From: Tubiluchus corallicola
Taxonomy: Eukaryota; Animalia; Priapulida
Reading direction: 5' to 3'
Assembly: GCA_030141605.1 (NCBI GenBank)
Contig: JAQGDQ010000036.1
Location: 868,001-932,000, forward strand
DNA length: 64,000 nucleotides
Made by a program: the position numbers and the translations under genes. The notes below the pieces were generated by a model that saw only the letters and a program-made list of their open reading frames with translations, was not told the origin of the DNA and did not search any database. This document shows, piece after piece, positions 27,301 through 39,300 of this stretch; positions within the stretch are counted from its first letter, which is position 1, and every line of letters starts with the position of its first letter.

Positions 27301-30300
27301 GTCATACAATTCTTGCAAGGACCTTACGATATCTGAGCTGATTGACCACAATGGCTTTTTCGTTATACTATTTCTGCTATAATCATTTAATTATTATAAT
27401 AACTGTATAGGGTTTGAGCTTAGGGAACTGCTTATAGGTCTGATGAAAAAATGCATTCATGCATCCATTCATGGATTTTGGCAGGAGTAAGCATGCCATG
27501 AATGACAGCTGTACCTAGGCAGAACCTGAACTTGATAGCTCCTTTCTAAAATGTCGCACCATTAATGAGCTCTCATTAATAACAGCAGTTGATTCAAAAA
27601 ACAACAAGCATGACCGATATTCTGGGAAAAATCAATGAGGAAATATATGCAACACGTGTACAGACAAAATAGGGGACCGAATTCACATTAGCTGGAATCA
27701 TGATAATATTATCAATACGTTGCGAGACTTTAGTTTAAGCGAACAGGTGGGCTATATTAAACTGCTAATAAACTGTCTAGACTCACGCACCACAACGTTA
27801 TTGTTAGTAACATGAATTTACGAATTTATTTGCGAAAGTGAATTTAAACAAAAACAAGAAGAAACTGTATCTTGGCTCCAGAAGTCGCTTAGAAAAACAA
27901 TAACAAATACTTTTTTAATTTTACACTAACAGTAAAGGGAAACATTTTGTATACTGTAGTGTAGTTCTAACTGGTGTTAATCTACCCTGCAGCTACCTTA
28001 AACCACTACAATATTTCCAGAGGAAGCTGTTTCAATGTTTTCAGAGACAACGCGAATTTGTGGTATCAGTTTCAAGCAGCAACACACAGTCTTTGAAGTT
28101 TTGCGCAAACAGTGAAGTTTGCAGACATTTGCACAGCTGAATCTTTACATGTATATTACACATTACATAAATTGCTCAGAACAAAGGACACTTACAGTGT
28201 GGAACTTGCTAAAATACATTTTCAAATTTAACAATTGCAAATTAAAAATTTAACGATATATTGTGTTAGAGATGCATAAAAAATTATAGAAAAACATATA
28301 GTTTTAATTACTTTAAAGGACAAGAAAAGAGGTATCTGAAGTAGGTTTCTGAAAAATGTTCTTAAAAAAATTATATTACGTTACAACATTTATATATATA
28401 TATATATTGTACTTACTCGCATTAAAGGGAATTTTTGTTTGTTTTCACTTTAAATCTCCTGCATTACTGTTCCGAAGTCGCCATTACATGACGTCACTAG
28501 GCAAACATATGTGCTACGAATGCTGTGATTATTTTTTCAAACTTCATGCAATGTTATCTAAACTTGTTTCAAATGACCTACCATTAAAATGGCTGCGCCT
28601 AAAAGTCATTGCGGGAGTTTAAATTTACAAGTCTTATATAGCGTTACTGCCGACGTGAGCCCTATAGGTAAGAAGGCAGCACGTAAACGATATAAAATTT
28701 CAAGACGAATTTTTTAAGCTTTATGTAAGTGGAGGGTTTTTCATGTGCTTTAAATAAAACTACAGTATTAACCACTAGAGTGAAAATATTAAAAATTAAG
28801 GTCATTAATTAGAACATACAAAATATATACTCGAGTGTACAGAACTCTGTTATTATACAAATGGAAGCACATAAAACTAGTATATATTTCCGTGTAAACT
28901 TTAAAAATAATATAAATATAAAATGTTAAAAGACTTTCAAATCTGACACCACAACAGTGAAAGTACAATAACTGATATCCAAATTAGGGCGTAAAGAATG
29001 CCTAGCGCAATGAAAAGAGCGTAACATGCATAACAGCACCTTGGGTGTGCACTGTATGCATGATACTTGAGATGCAGTAATTAATAATTGACTTGCTGGA
29101 AGCCGTGAAGGTCAGAAATTATGCTCAGGTGCTTCCACATAGGCGCACAGCATAAAGTATATACGTTTTCCTAGTATATGGAGCAAGTACTTTATGGCAC
29201 AGGTGTGCAACTTGGCAAGAATTAATCGGGACTGCTAGTGACACAAATACATGCAATTATTTTCAATCAATATGAGCTAATTTTTGGGGGGTGAAGAGTT
29301 TTTTGTTTATATTATTAAAACATAAAAAGAATATCACACTAAAAAGGATAGAATCACGGAAGCACAGTAAATAAAAAAAAGGAGAAACGCAGAAATATAA
29401 AATCAATGCCACAGTCAGATAGACACAACAGAAACTAATCAAAAACTTTGTTACTTTTGTGGTATATAAGCCACGTGTCCCTGTTTGACTTATTTCGTCA
29501 GTTCTGCTGTGTGTGTCTCCAGTGGCGTAGCTTTTCATGGCACCCGGGGTTAAAAAAATTCAGACGTCCAACCATTTTAATATTGTGATCATTTTTTGAG
29601 TAAGAAACCACAAATTGTGCCTGTTTATTTGCGCCCCTTTTTCAACATGATGGGATAAAGATGAATGAATCTTTTCTAAGAATCACCCTGAGTTTGGTTT
29701 GTGGTAGTATATCAGAATAACTCTTTTCCCTGCATTGGTCTGACTCTGTCTGTCTGTCTGTATGGCACTGATTTATGGCCCGTTTATACGTAACGCGGTT
29801 TCCCGCAAAGGAAAATCGCGCAGGTTTTCCCGCGCGGCTCTTCGTTCAAATATAAAGCGGTCTTCCGTATTATATATAAACGCCATTTGAAATAACATAG
29901 AATAATTAACAGCAGGAAAAACGCGGTTTCCCGCCTTATGTATAAAGGGACCATTATACTTCTGTGTTTCTCACCTGTGTTTTTTTTGTGTGTGCTTTTG
30001 TGTTTTTACGTGATGTATCATTTTTAGTGTGATATATTTTTCATTATTAATAATATAAACAAACAATTCCCTCCTCCCAAAATATTAGTTCATTCCTTGC
30101 ATTTTTCTCTTTTTTCCTTTTGATGTGTACCCGAAAAAGAACTACATGGCATTTTCTTTTTTCTTTTTTAAATCACGTCACTTGAGGACAGGTCGCAAAC
30201 TTATATTTTCTGAAACAACCAAATTTTCTCGAAAATTGGTTTTTGCGTGAGGTATTTTGTAGCCCATTCATTTTATATTCAGCATATTTAATCCTTTGCT

Positions 30301-33300
30301 AAGGCTTTACAAAACTGATTCTACTGAAACAAAAACGTCTCTTATTTGTTTGCATAACCCCCTTCATTTCTACACTTCAGACGAAAGGAATTGTTAAAAA
30401 ACAATCTGGTTTCAACAAGAATAAACGAATCACAATGGCTTCAGTCAGAATAAACTAACGACTTAAACCTGACAAAAAATACGATAATTGGTATTTTCTA
30501 CTATCTTGACAACAATAATCTAATTTGAAAAACTTGAAACTTGTAGTTATTACAACACTTATGCTAATGTCGTTCTGCCTCTTTTTAAAAGCAAGAAAGC
30601 TGGCTTTTACCATAAGTAGCGCCTAATAATTTAATATGCACAGCACGATATTATCTCTAAAAAGTAACATCCATAAAAATTTTGGATACACGAAGCAATT
30701 AAATAATCCGAAACCTGTCCAAAATTCTTCAGCTAGCTGCAAGACTATTTATTAGAAAAATATGGCAGACGAACAGTCGCAAGTAAAATTGCGTAAACAC
30801 GACTCTAGACTTGGTAATGTCAGCGGCCCGTATTTATTAAAACTTCGCTCAACAAGATGAAAGCTGTACGAGGCAGAATTACTGAAGCCATAAAGATTAA
30901 GGTGGCGACGTGGCCTATCTGCAGCTCTGTTAACCTTTGCCATTCTAGGAAAAGGGCGGAAAAGTGTCAACCAAACAGCCTCTGTAACGAAATACAAGAA
31001 CATCTGCGAACGAAACTAAAAAATTCTTCTTACAGTTATAGTAGTTATAGTAAAAAAATGGAAAACAGAGGCAATAGAACTGACGCCTTGTTCTTTTGTC
31101 CAGCGACTTTGCAGAATCCTGATATGACTAAAAAATTAAACGTTTCAAAAACTGATAAAAGAAATTAACAACAAACATTGAAAACTCAAACTAAAAAAAC
31201 CTCGGTGGTACATAAATTAACTGTAGAATGTAGGTGGTAATGGTAGATCCAGTAAAATAAAAAAAGCATGGAAGCCATAATCGTTTGAGAGGCTATATCC
31301 TCCTGACCAAATATATACTCTTTGAGAAAATCCATTGAATAAAAGAATGTACGGGCAAAAAAGTGTACGGCATTGCGAAAGAAGCACCTCTTGTGAGCAT
31401 CCTGCCAGACGACATATTAATGCCTCGCTAAACTAGTATCACACAAAGTCGGCTAAATAATAGATCGGAACTTCTCTCGGAAAGTTACCCATCTAACTTA
31501 TAGGACCACTGCACCGCCGCTTCAAATCAATACATTACAATCAACTTTCAACACTGTTTGATATATCACTTCCGCATATCTGAGTCAAGCAGAACTGCAA
31601 TTCAGAAATGTCTAAAAGGCAAAACCAAACAAGAAATTACAGGATGTTCATTCACTACGCCTACTCGTTCTAAAACAGATGGAATCCTACCTTAGATCTA
31701 ACTTTCGTGCCATCGAGTTCGCTACAATCACTGCCTGTATCATCACGAAATGTATATTTTTCCATTAAACGGGCATAAGAGATGCGAATTTCACATCTCT
31801 CAATTTTCGTTTACACGTTAGCCAATATATCTCAATTTCTCCGATCACAAAAATCTAGAAACGCTTTTAATAACGACTGCATCATAGTGAAATCACAACT
31901 GACGGAGATTTCTCTTCGAAATGGATGGTGTTTATATTACACAGTTTTCCCATTGTTCACTTCTTATGCAATAATTCAACATCCAGCAAAACCAGTAGAA
32001 CCTCAGCTTCACAGTACAAGAGAACCTGATATTGTACATAAAGTTGACTCGCCAGCGGAAATTTGAACGGGATTAAGAACACACTTGATTCCGCTGCAAA
32101 GTCTCCAGTGCACAGTGATACGCTTCAGCCCTAAGTTACCCCCAAGCTAAATTTAAAACTCGGAGAAAGTGATGTTTAAACGGCATGGAGTATAAACACA
32201 TAGATTTTTCGTGTTGATTAGAAAATGTACTGCATTATCACATACCGCAAAGCTGAACCGATATTAAGCAAATAAACAACTGCCCTTGCACTTGTGCAAA
32301 AAAGTTTAAGTCAAAAGAACTTGCAAAAGATATAAATGCACACACAAAGGCAGTTCCATAATTCGCATGTAACATAAGATACAAAGCAGATAATCCATAA
32401 TTCGTATGTAAATAAGATAAGTGACACTAAGCACAAGCGATTTTAAGATAGCCGTGTTAATTCATTTTTACAGTTTTTGAGATTATGAAAACAAAAAAAG
32501 GAAAATAAACGAAAATTTGGTGTAAGATGTAACATCATGCAGTTTTAATATAATTATGGGAATACACGTAACGCAATTTTGCAAAAACTGTTTACATTGA
32601 ATAATTAAGAAGTATTGTAGAAGAGTACTTTAACTTCAGTCCACATAAACATTACTGTTTGCTTACTCTACCGAATTGCTGCTAACATTATTAACCCACT
32701 CAACCTCATGTGAGCTTTTACAAGAAATGAGATGATTAATTATCAACACTAGCTCAATTTCTCCCCTAATCTATTATTAATGAAGTCAAAATTTACTCAG
32801 ACAGCTTTCAACGCGAGGAGAAATTTCAACAAATATGATATACACGCGCTTAACCAAGTGCCCAGCTGTTATCTTGTCGTGATGATTAAAGCACAAGAAA
32901 ACCCTCCACTTACATAAAGTTTAAAAATTCGTTTTGAAATTTTATACCATTTACATACTGTCTTTTTGCATGCAGGGCTTGGGTTGTCAGTAACGCTTTA
33001 CAAAATACGTAAATTTAAACTCCCGCGATGACCGTTAGATGCAGTCATTTTGATGGTAGGTCGTTTGAAACAAGTTTAAATAACATTGCGTGAAGTTTGA
33101 AAAAATAATCAGAGCATAAAATTACCTAAATTCGTAGCACACAAGTAAAATTTTAAATTACTGTCTTTTGAATAAGATTAAAAATATGTTTTTACTTAGC
33201 GAGTAGCGAACCCTGGAGGGTGAGTCAGCGACATTTTACCAATTGGCACGAACATTTTAAATTATTATTTCTAGTTACACAAGTCTTTCCAGCAGGTAAG

Positions 33301-36300
33301 CGAAATGCTAAGTATTACAGATTTGCATGGAATGTTTCTTGGGACATAATTAATTTAACATTGCCTTTTCTGCCCCTGATTTACGTTTGCGTAGTGAAGT
33401 CATGTAATACGTAACGGTGCCATTGCAGGAGATTTGGAATGAAAACAAACAAAAATTCCTTTTAGCGCGAGTACGATATATGCATAAGATTGCTGTAAAA
33501 TAATATAACATTTAAGGCGATTTTTCTGAAACCTACTCCAGATACCCCTTTTCTTGTCCTTTAAGATCGACAAAGTGGATGGGGAAGGAAAAAGTCGATG
33601 AAACGAGCTGAATCGAGATTTTACACGGTTAAATGCGAAAGTATATTGTTATTCTTTTATTCCGCATCATAACAAATACAGCCATAAATACACATACATA
33701 CATATAATACATGCGTTCTTGAAAAGTGATGGTAGAAGACGGAAAATGACAATAAAGAAATTAGTTCCATTCCAGAATATGGATTTTCTTTAGATCCTTT
33801 TGCGAACTGTCATTAATTTCAGAACATTAACGCCACGCGCGCCGGGAGCGATGATAAGGCGAGTTTGTAATGTTTATATCCCTGTCTTAATAATTGGCTT
33901 TTCGGCTACAAGGGAAACACATCAAAGAACATCGCAAATGCCTTACAGCAACTGATATGAAATTAATAGTTTTCTCGCCAAACATTAATAAAGTTGCTTA
34001 ACGCTGGCATCACAAACAAAGGGTCAAGACATCACACAAGAATGTTTCAGCTTTTGGTATGACAGCGTGAACAGAGGAAACTAACATCGAGTGAAACAAA
34101 CAGTAAACTTGCGGTAAAATTTCACTTCGAAGAACTCTGCACGTGCAGCTGATACTACCGCACACTTCAAATGAAACAAAAGAAGCCAGATGCAGCACCA
34201 GCCTACTGCTTATAATAATCGCATTCATTCAATTATCTAATGCGTGCGTACAAAAGCACGCATACGCACGCATTTCACTTTCATCCGAACACATTGCTTC
34301 AATTTCCTTGAATATAAAATCTGCCAAATAGACTCAAGTTCCGCCAAGACTCAATACAGCAATGCAGCTGTTCCTAAAATATAAACCGATTTATTCAATA
34401 GCTGCCAGAAAACTCTGGGGTGTACCCGAAGCATTCGTACTATTTTGAGCAGCCCATTTTATGACACGCTAGTGAGGCTTGGTCAGCAATAAACCATGCA
34501 AACCAACAATCAATGTAACACAAACGATGTCTCACTTTTTATCAAATGAAGGCTATACTGTGTGCAGTGCACGCCTATTATCTGTTCACACTGGGCAGAA
34601 TCACCATAATGTCCAGGGTAGTCTAAACGCCCTCAAACAAAGAAATTCCGTGACCTCATAGGAGATGTGTTGTATCCGATGATACGTTTATCCAGCACTA
34701 GTCAAAAGGCAGTCTGCGAAGTGCAAGTGGTCCGGGAGCTATGGTGGTCTAACTGCACCCCCACTACTCTAAGTCACACATTTTTTCTAGAGACTTGATT
34801 ACCAGTGAGTAGAAACAACACGTTAATACTGAATCTACTCAACTGCGATGCTCCAAAATAGCGGAAAATAAGATAGCTGCCTACATATCTATAAATGTGA
34901 TCATTTTGCCTAAATGAGGACACGCAGAGTATGACAATGTATTACCACCTCCTCAATCGATAGGCATAGTCTCTCAAAAAACGTTTTCAAGTTCATAAGG
35001 TAGTTGCGGCCATTGGTTTTTCAACATGTTTATTCAACTGAAGGAAGACGTGTACACCTTAATAATGTATTGCCAGCATATAAACGTACAGTTGTTGAAT
35101 ACAAAAAATATTTTTAAAGTCACACATGATCACAGAAGCAAAATTTCTGACAGCGATTGCAGTATGATACTTATTCTATCTAAACGAAGCTACATAAGTA
35201 TAAGAGTGCATAAAGCTTAATAATGTAGTTCATGTAACTGTTTTAAATATTTTGCAACTATACCATATATCTAATTTTAATCTCTTTTTTTCTTTTAAAC
35301 CCTTCATTAAACTCTTCATCCTCATTTTCTCTGTTGATCAGACCATCCTCTACAGATTCACTGTGACAGTCTTAATTCCTCTTCTGTACTATCCACATCA
35401 TATTCATTAAAATTTTCATAACATCTATTAATGATTCACGCATCACATACATTACAGTCCAGAGTGGTTCTAATATTCCACCAACTTGATGCCGCCCCAT
35501 GGCCTTGTGTGTCGTATGTGTGTAGCATTATGACTGCTAACTGTTTACAGCATTTCTGTGTTCAAATTTTGAGAACTAGTTTTAGTTTAGTTTAATCAAT
35601 GATTGTAGTATAAGGAGTTTGTATAGGGAAAATCTCTGTCAAAAATTTTCATATACAGATGAGATGAATTCCTACAGTGCATTGTGATTGTGATTGTTGC
35701 ACTGTGAAGTTAAGCATAATACAACGAGTGTCAGCTGTGTATTTTTAGTTAGATTCCTGTTTTGTATATAGGCCTTTCTAAATTATTGTTGATCTTAACA
35801 GAGACTGCTAGCTTTTTTTACACTTGAGCGTGCTTTTGCATAGCTATGTTTTGTTTAACTATTACCAAATATTAAACGTTTTGTAAAATGTTTAATCATT
35901 TTAAATAATTTTTACCAGAATTAATTTCGGTGTGTTTTTCATTATTTTTGAACTGTTACAGTAAAATGTCACAAAAACTATTTGTTCAAACTGAAAATGT
36001 GGCATTAAATGTTCCATAAAATGTATTTCAGGTCCACTGATAAGTAAAACAATGAAAAAAATTATTAAAGAAAAGGACAAGCCTTCTGGGAAGTGATTTA
36101 TTTTCAACGTTTGTAAAAAATGTTAGAAGGATTAGTAATAAAAATGTGATACTCGCTCGCGTAATTAGAAAAATTACTTTAAAGTCGCGATCGTTTCGTG
36201 CTTGTGTGCTCCCGTTTTGCACCCATTCTTCCACCAATGACCTCGTCCAATGGTTGAAGAAAAGCCACCCACTGACATTTTCCGTTAAAAGTATAATACA

Positions 36301-39300
36301 GTAACTTTTTACAAAAAAATTAGATAGCTAATTTTGTGATAATTGGCACAATATTAAGTACGCTGCAAGCGTTTGAATGAATTTAAGCAACGAGCACTTA
36401 CAGAAAGCCACGGTGCGCTTATGAAAATCGCGAAGTCCACCAATACGTCATGAAGTGAAGTTTCAAATGAAGCTGCTACCACCACCCCTGAAAATGTCTA
36501 TGCATGCAGTGATAGTATAAATCAACTTGCGCTTTACTAACAGTTTTACAAACTGCTGTAAGTGATAACTGTAAAACTACAAACTATTGCAAACTGCTGT
36601 AAGTGATAACTGTAAAACTACAAACTATTGTAAGTGATAACTGTAAAATTTATCCCAACACCATAAGTGACTTGCGGTTTCCTTTAATATAACAGAAAAC
36701 CCTCACTAAGGGGTTTTCAAAGGGGTTTTCCTCAAAGAAAATCATCTTAAGGGTTTTTCATTGGAGACACGTATGGATGGTCTAGCAAATTGACAAACGT
36801 ATTCTGAGTATGACTTCGTTAAACAAGAAATAATATTCGTTCGCTTGTACGTCTGTTTGTTTTTTTTGGTTGTTTTTGTTTTTTCACGCCCCTCCCCCTT
36901 TTAGTTCTGAGGCGCCTTTGTCAGTGAAACTTCTTTTAATTTTTAATTGCTTCTCTTTTACTGCTTCTACAACACTTTCAATCACATCAGGAATGAAATG
37001 ATATCAAAAGATAGCATTGTGCAAAGGATATAAAAAATCACGAAACTGCAAAAGCTAAAACTATTACAAAAATTTATATTATATCGAGGGGTTTTTGTAT
37101 TTGTCTACTTCAACAAAAGATTAAAGTCAAGACGGACGGATGAAAAACAAATTGAGTTAACAAAACGAACAAAGATATTAACCAGTAAACATTTAGTCAA
37201 TGATAGTTTGCTCACAGTGTTGGGAAGTCGCTTCCAACGAAATTAATTTGAAGTCATAGCACTGAACGCAATATATTTTGTAATAGACTTTTAATATTTG
37301 CTCATCAGAGTGGGCATATAGGATTATAGTGCCACGGGTGTCAAACAATGAAACATTTAAGCTGAGGGTCTTGCACTCGTCCTTCGTTGAAAATGTCTGT
37401 CTTTAAATTTCCTAAGGTATACTAACTACTAGATTGCTGTCACTTTCATCAAACATGAACAAATTATGGCAATAACGTATAGAGAGCGTTTAAAACGTCG
37501 CCAAATAACTTGGCTAGCACGTCGTAAGTGACAGAATAAATCAGCTCGGAAATTTAACACCAAATTGATTCTGAACACTTTGAAGGACATAATAATTACA
37601 TTGGTTACTGGCGCAATATATTAGCAATCAACGGCGGTTCTGAAGGCAATTCAGCGTAGGATAGAAATCCCGGAGTCTGCCTGTAATTACTCTCTTCCCC
37701 GTTGGCACGGTATACAAGGCATTTACTGGAACTTGCACGTGCCAGACGTATGCTTGGCGCAAATGTTTTCTTTTAGCCCTAATGTCTAGCAGTTTAAAAA
37801 CTAATGGTACAACTTCCACACAGTGGCAGAAACATACGCGCGCGGAGCGAGTGTAACGCCAAAACATTTACAGCACGCCAAAACCTCACAGTAATTTCGC
37901 AGCAATAGATAACTGTCTCTTGATGAAGTGTTTACACATATACAGTCTATTGATCACGCAATATTGATTAAACAAGTAGCTGGATTAACAAATAAAATAT
38001 TTAAGCTAAACTTACAAACAAGGTAACACAATTATAATGGCAGCCTTTTCTTAAAAAAACTTTCAAATAGCTGCTGCTTTTTAGTGGAGTTATACAGTGT
38101 TTACTTGACCAAGCTTATAAAAAAACAATGAAATCTTATAAAAAACAAGTATATTTCAAAATAAATCTATACCCAAACTGCTTAAGATGTTCCATTTAAC
38201 AGTCAACAATTATATATATATTTCATGCTTTTATTTTATTAGTGTCTTCAAATAAATACATGTACAACAAATTACAAACAGTTACAAATTCAGCAATGAA
38301 ATATTCTGACACTAAACATACACAGTACAAACTACATACAAACCACTTACATAAGCAGCAAATTATTAAAAAAAGGAACAGTTCTATGACAACGATTATA
38401 ATACAGACATACTATGCTTGTACAAGTTAGTTATTTCTGTACGGCACTAGTACATTAGTAATTAAAAACAAAGACTCAACCAATATTTAGCTAACAGGAA
38501 TATGGGTCATTCCTTGTCCAGTGTCATGTCTATGGAATGCCTTTTGGATAAAATTTATAGTTAGCTTTACAATTTCTGTATCATTTTGTACATATTAGAA
38601 AAGCAAATTTATCAACATCATTAATACCACTAAATTCTGGTACAAGTGATGCTACTCTATAATAAAAATATAAATTTCAAGTCATTATAAAAAGGATATC
38701 TAATTACGAAGTGTAGTTCATCTTCAGTTTTGTTACTATCACAAAATGTAAAGATACAATTATATACAAGAATTTTTCTCGGCTTATCATATCTCCGTTT
38801 TCCAATGTACAGCAAATGGGAGCTAATTCTAATTCTTAGTGAAGGTATATTTATTCAGATTAAAAGGCAAATTACTCTCTAATTGATAGTGCATTTTAAA
38901 CGTTCTATACGTTCGCAATTTGTTTTTATCATCAATTTCTTTAGGAGATTTCATTCTTCCAGAATTGTACATAATTCTTTATTCAGATACTCACTGTATT
39001 ACTAAAATAAACAACTTTTATTAAAAACTTCATAATATAAAATCATACCAAACGTTTCGACTGCAGAGTCTAGCAGTCACCTTCAGTGGGGCAGAGTAAG
39101 CAACTTGCGTATTTGTTGTGTTTTGTTTCTCTCGGACGGCTCGTAGAGAAAACCAGAAAACACGTCGTCAAATTAAACTAGTTTATTATGCGAGAATTCT
39201 ACAACACAAAAGTATGAAGGAACGCAAAATGTGTACAATCAAGTAATAATCTGGAAATGTGAAAGCGAGAATCTGAGATTAATCTGAGACTACGAGAATA

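Noticed and set aside
30752-31003. Minus-strand ORF as an alternative erg first exon
   Set aside because: Ends in tandem stops before any usable phase 0 donor.
36697-36760. kappaB-like GGGGTTTTCC site near a HIVEP-family gene
   Set aside because: Single 10-mer in a short degenerate repeat; a chance match is likely.
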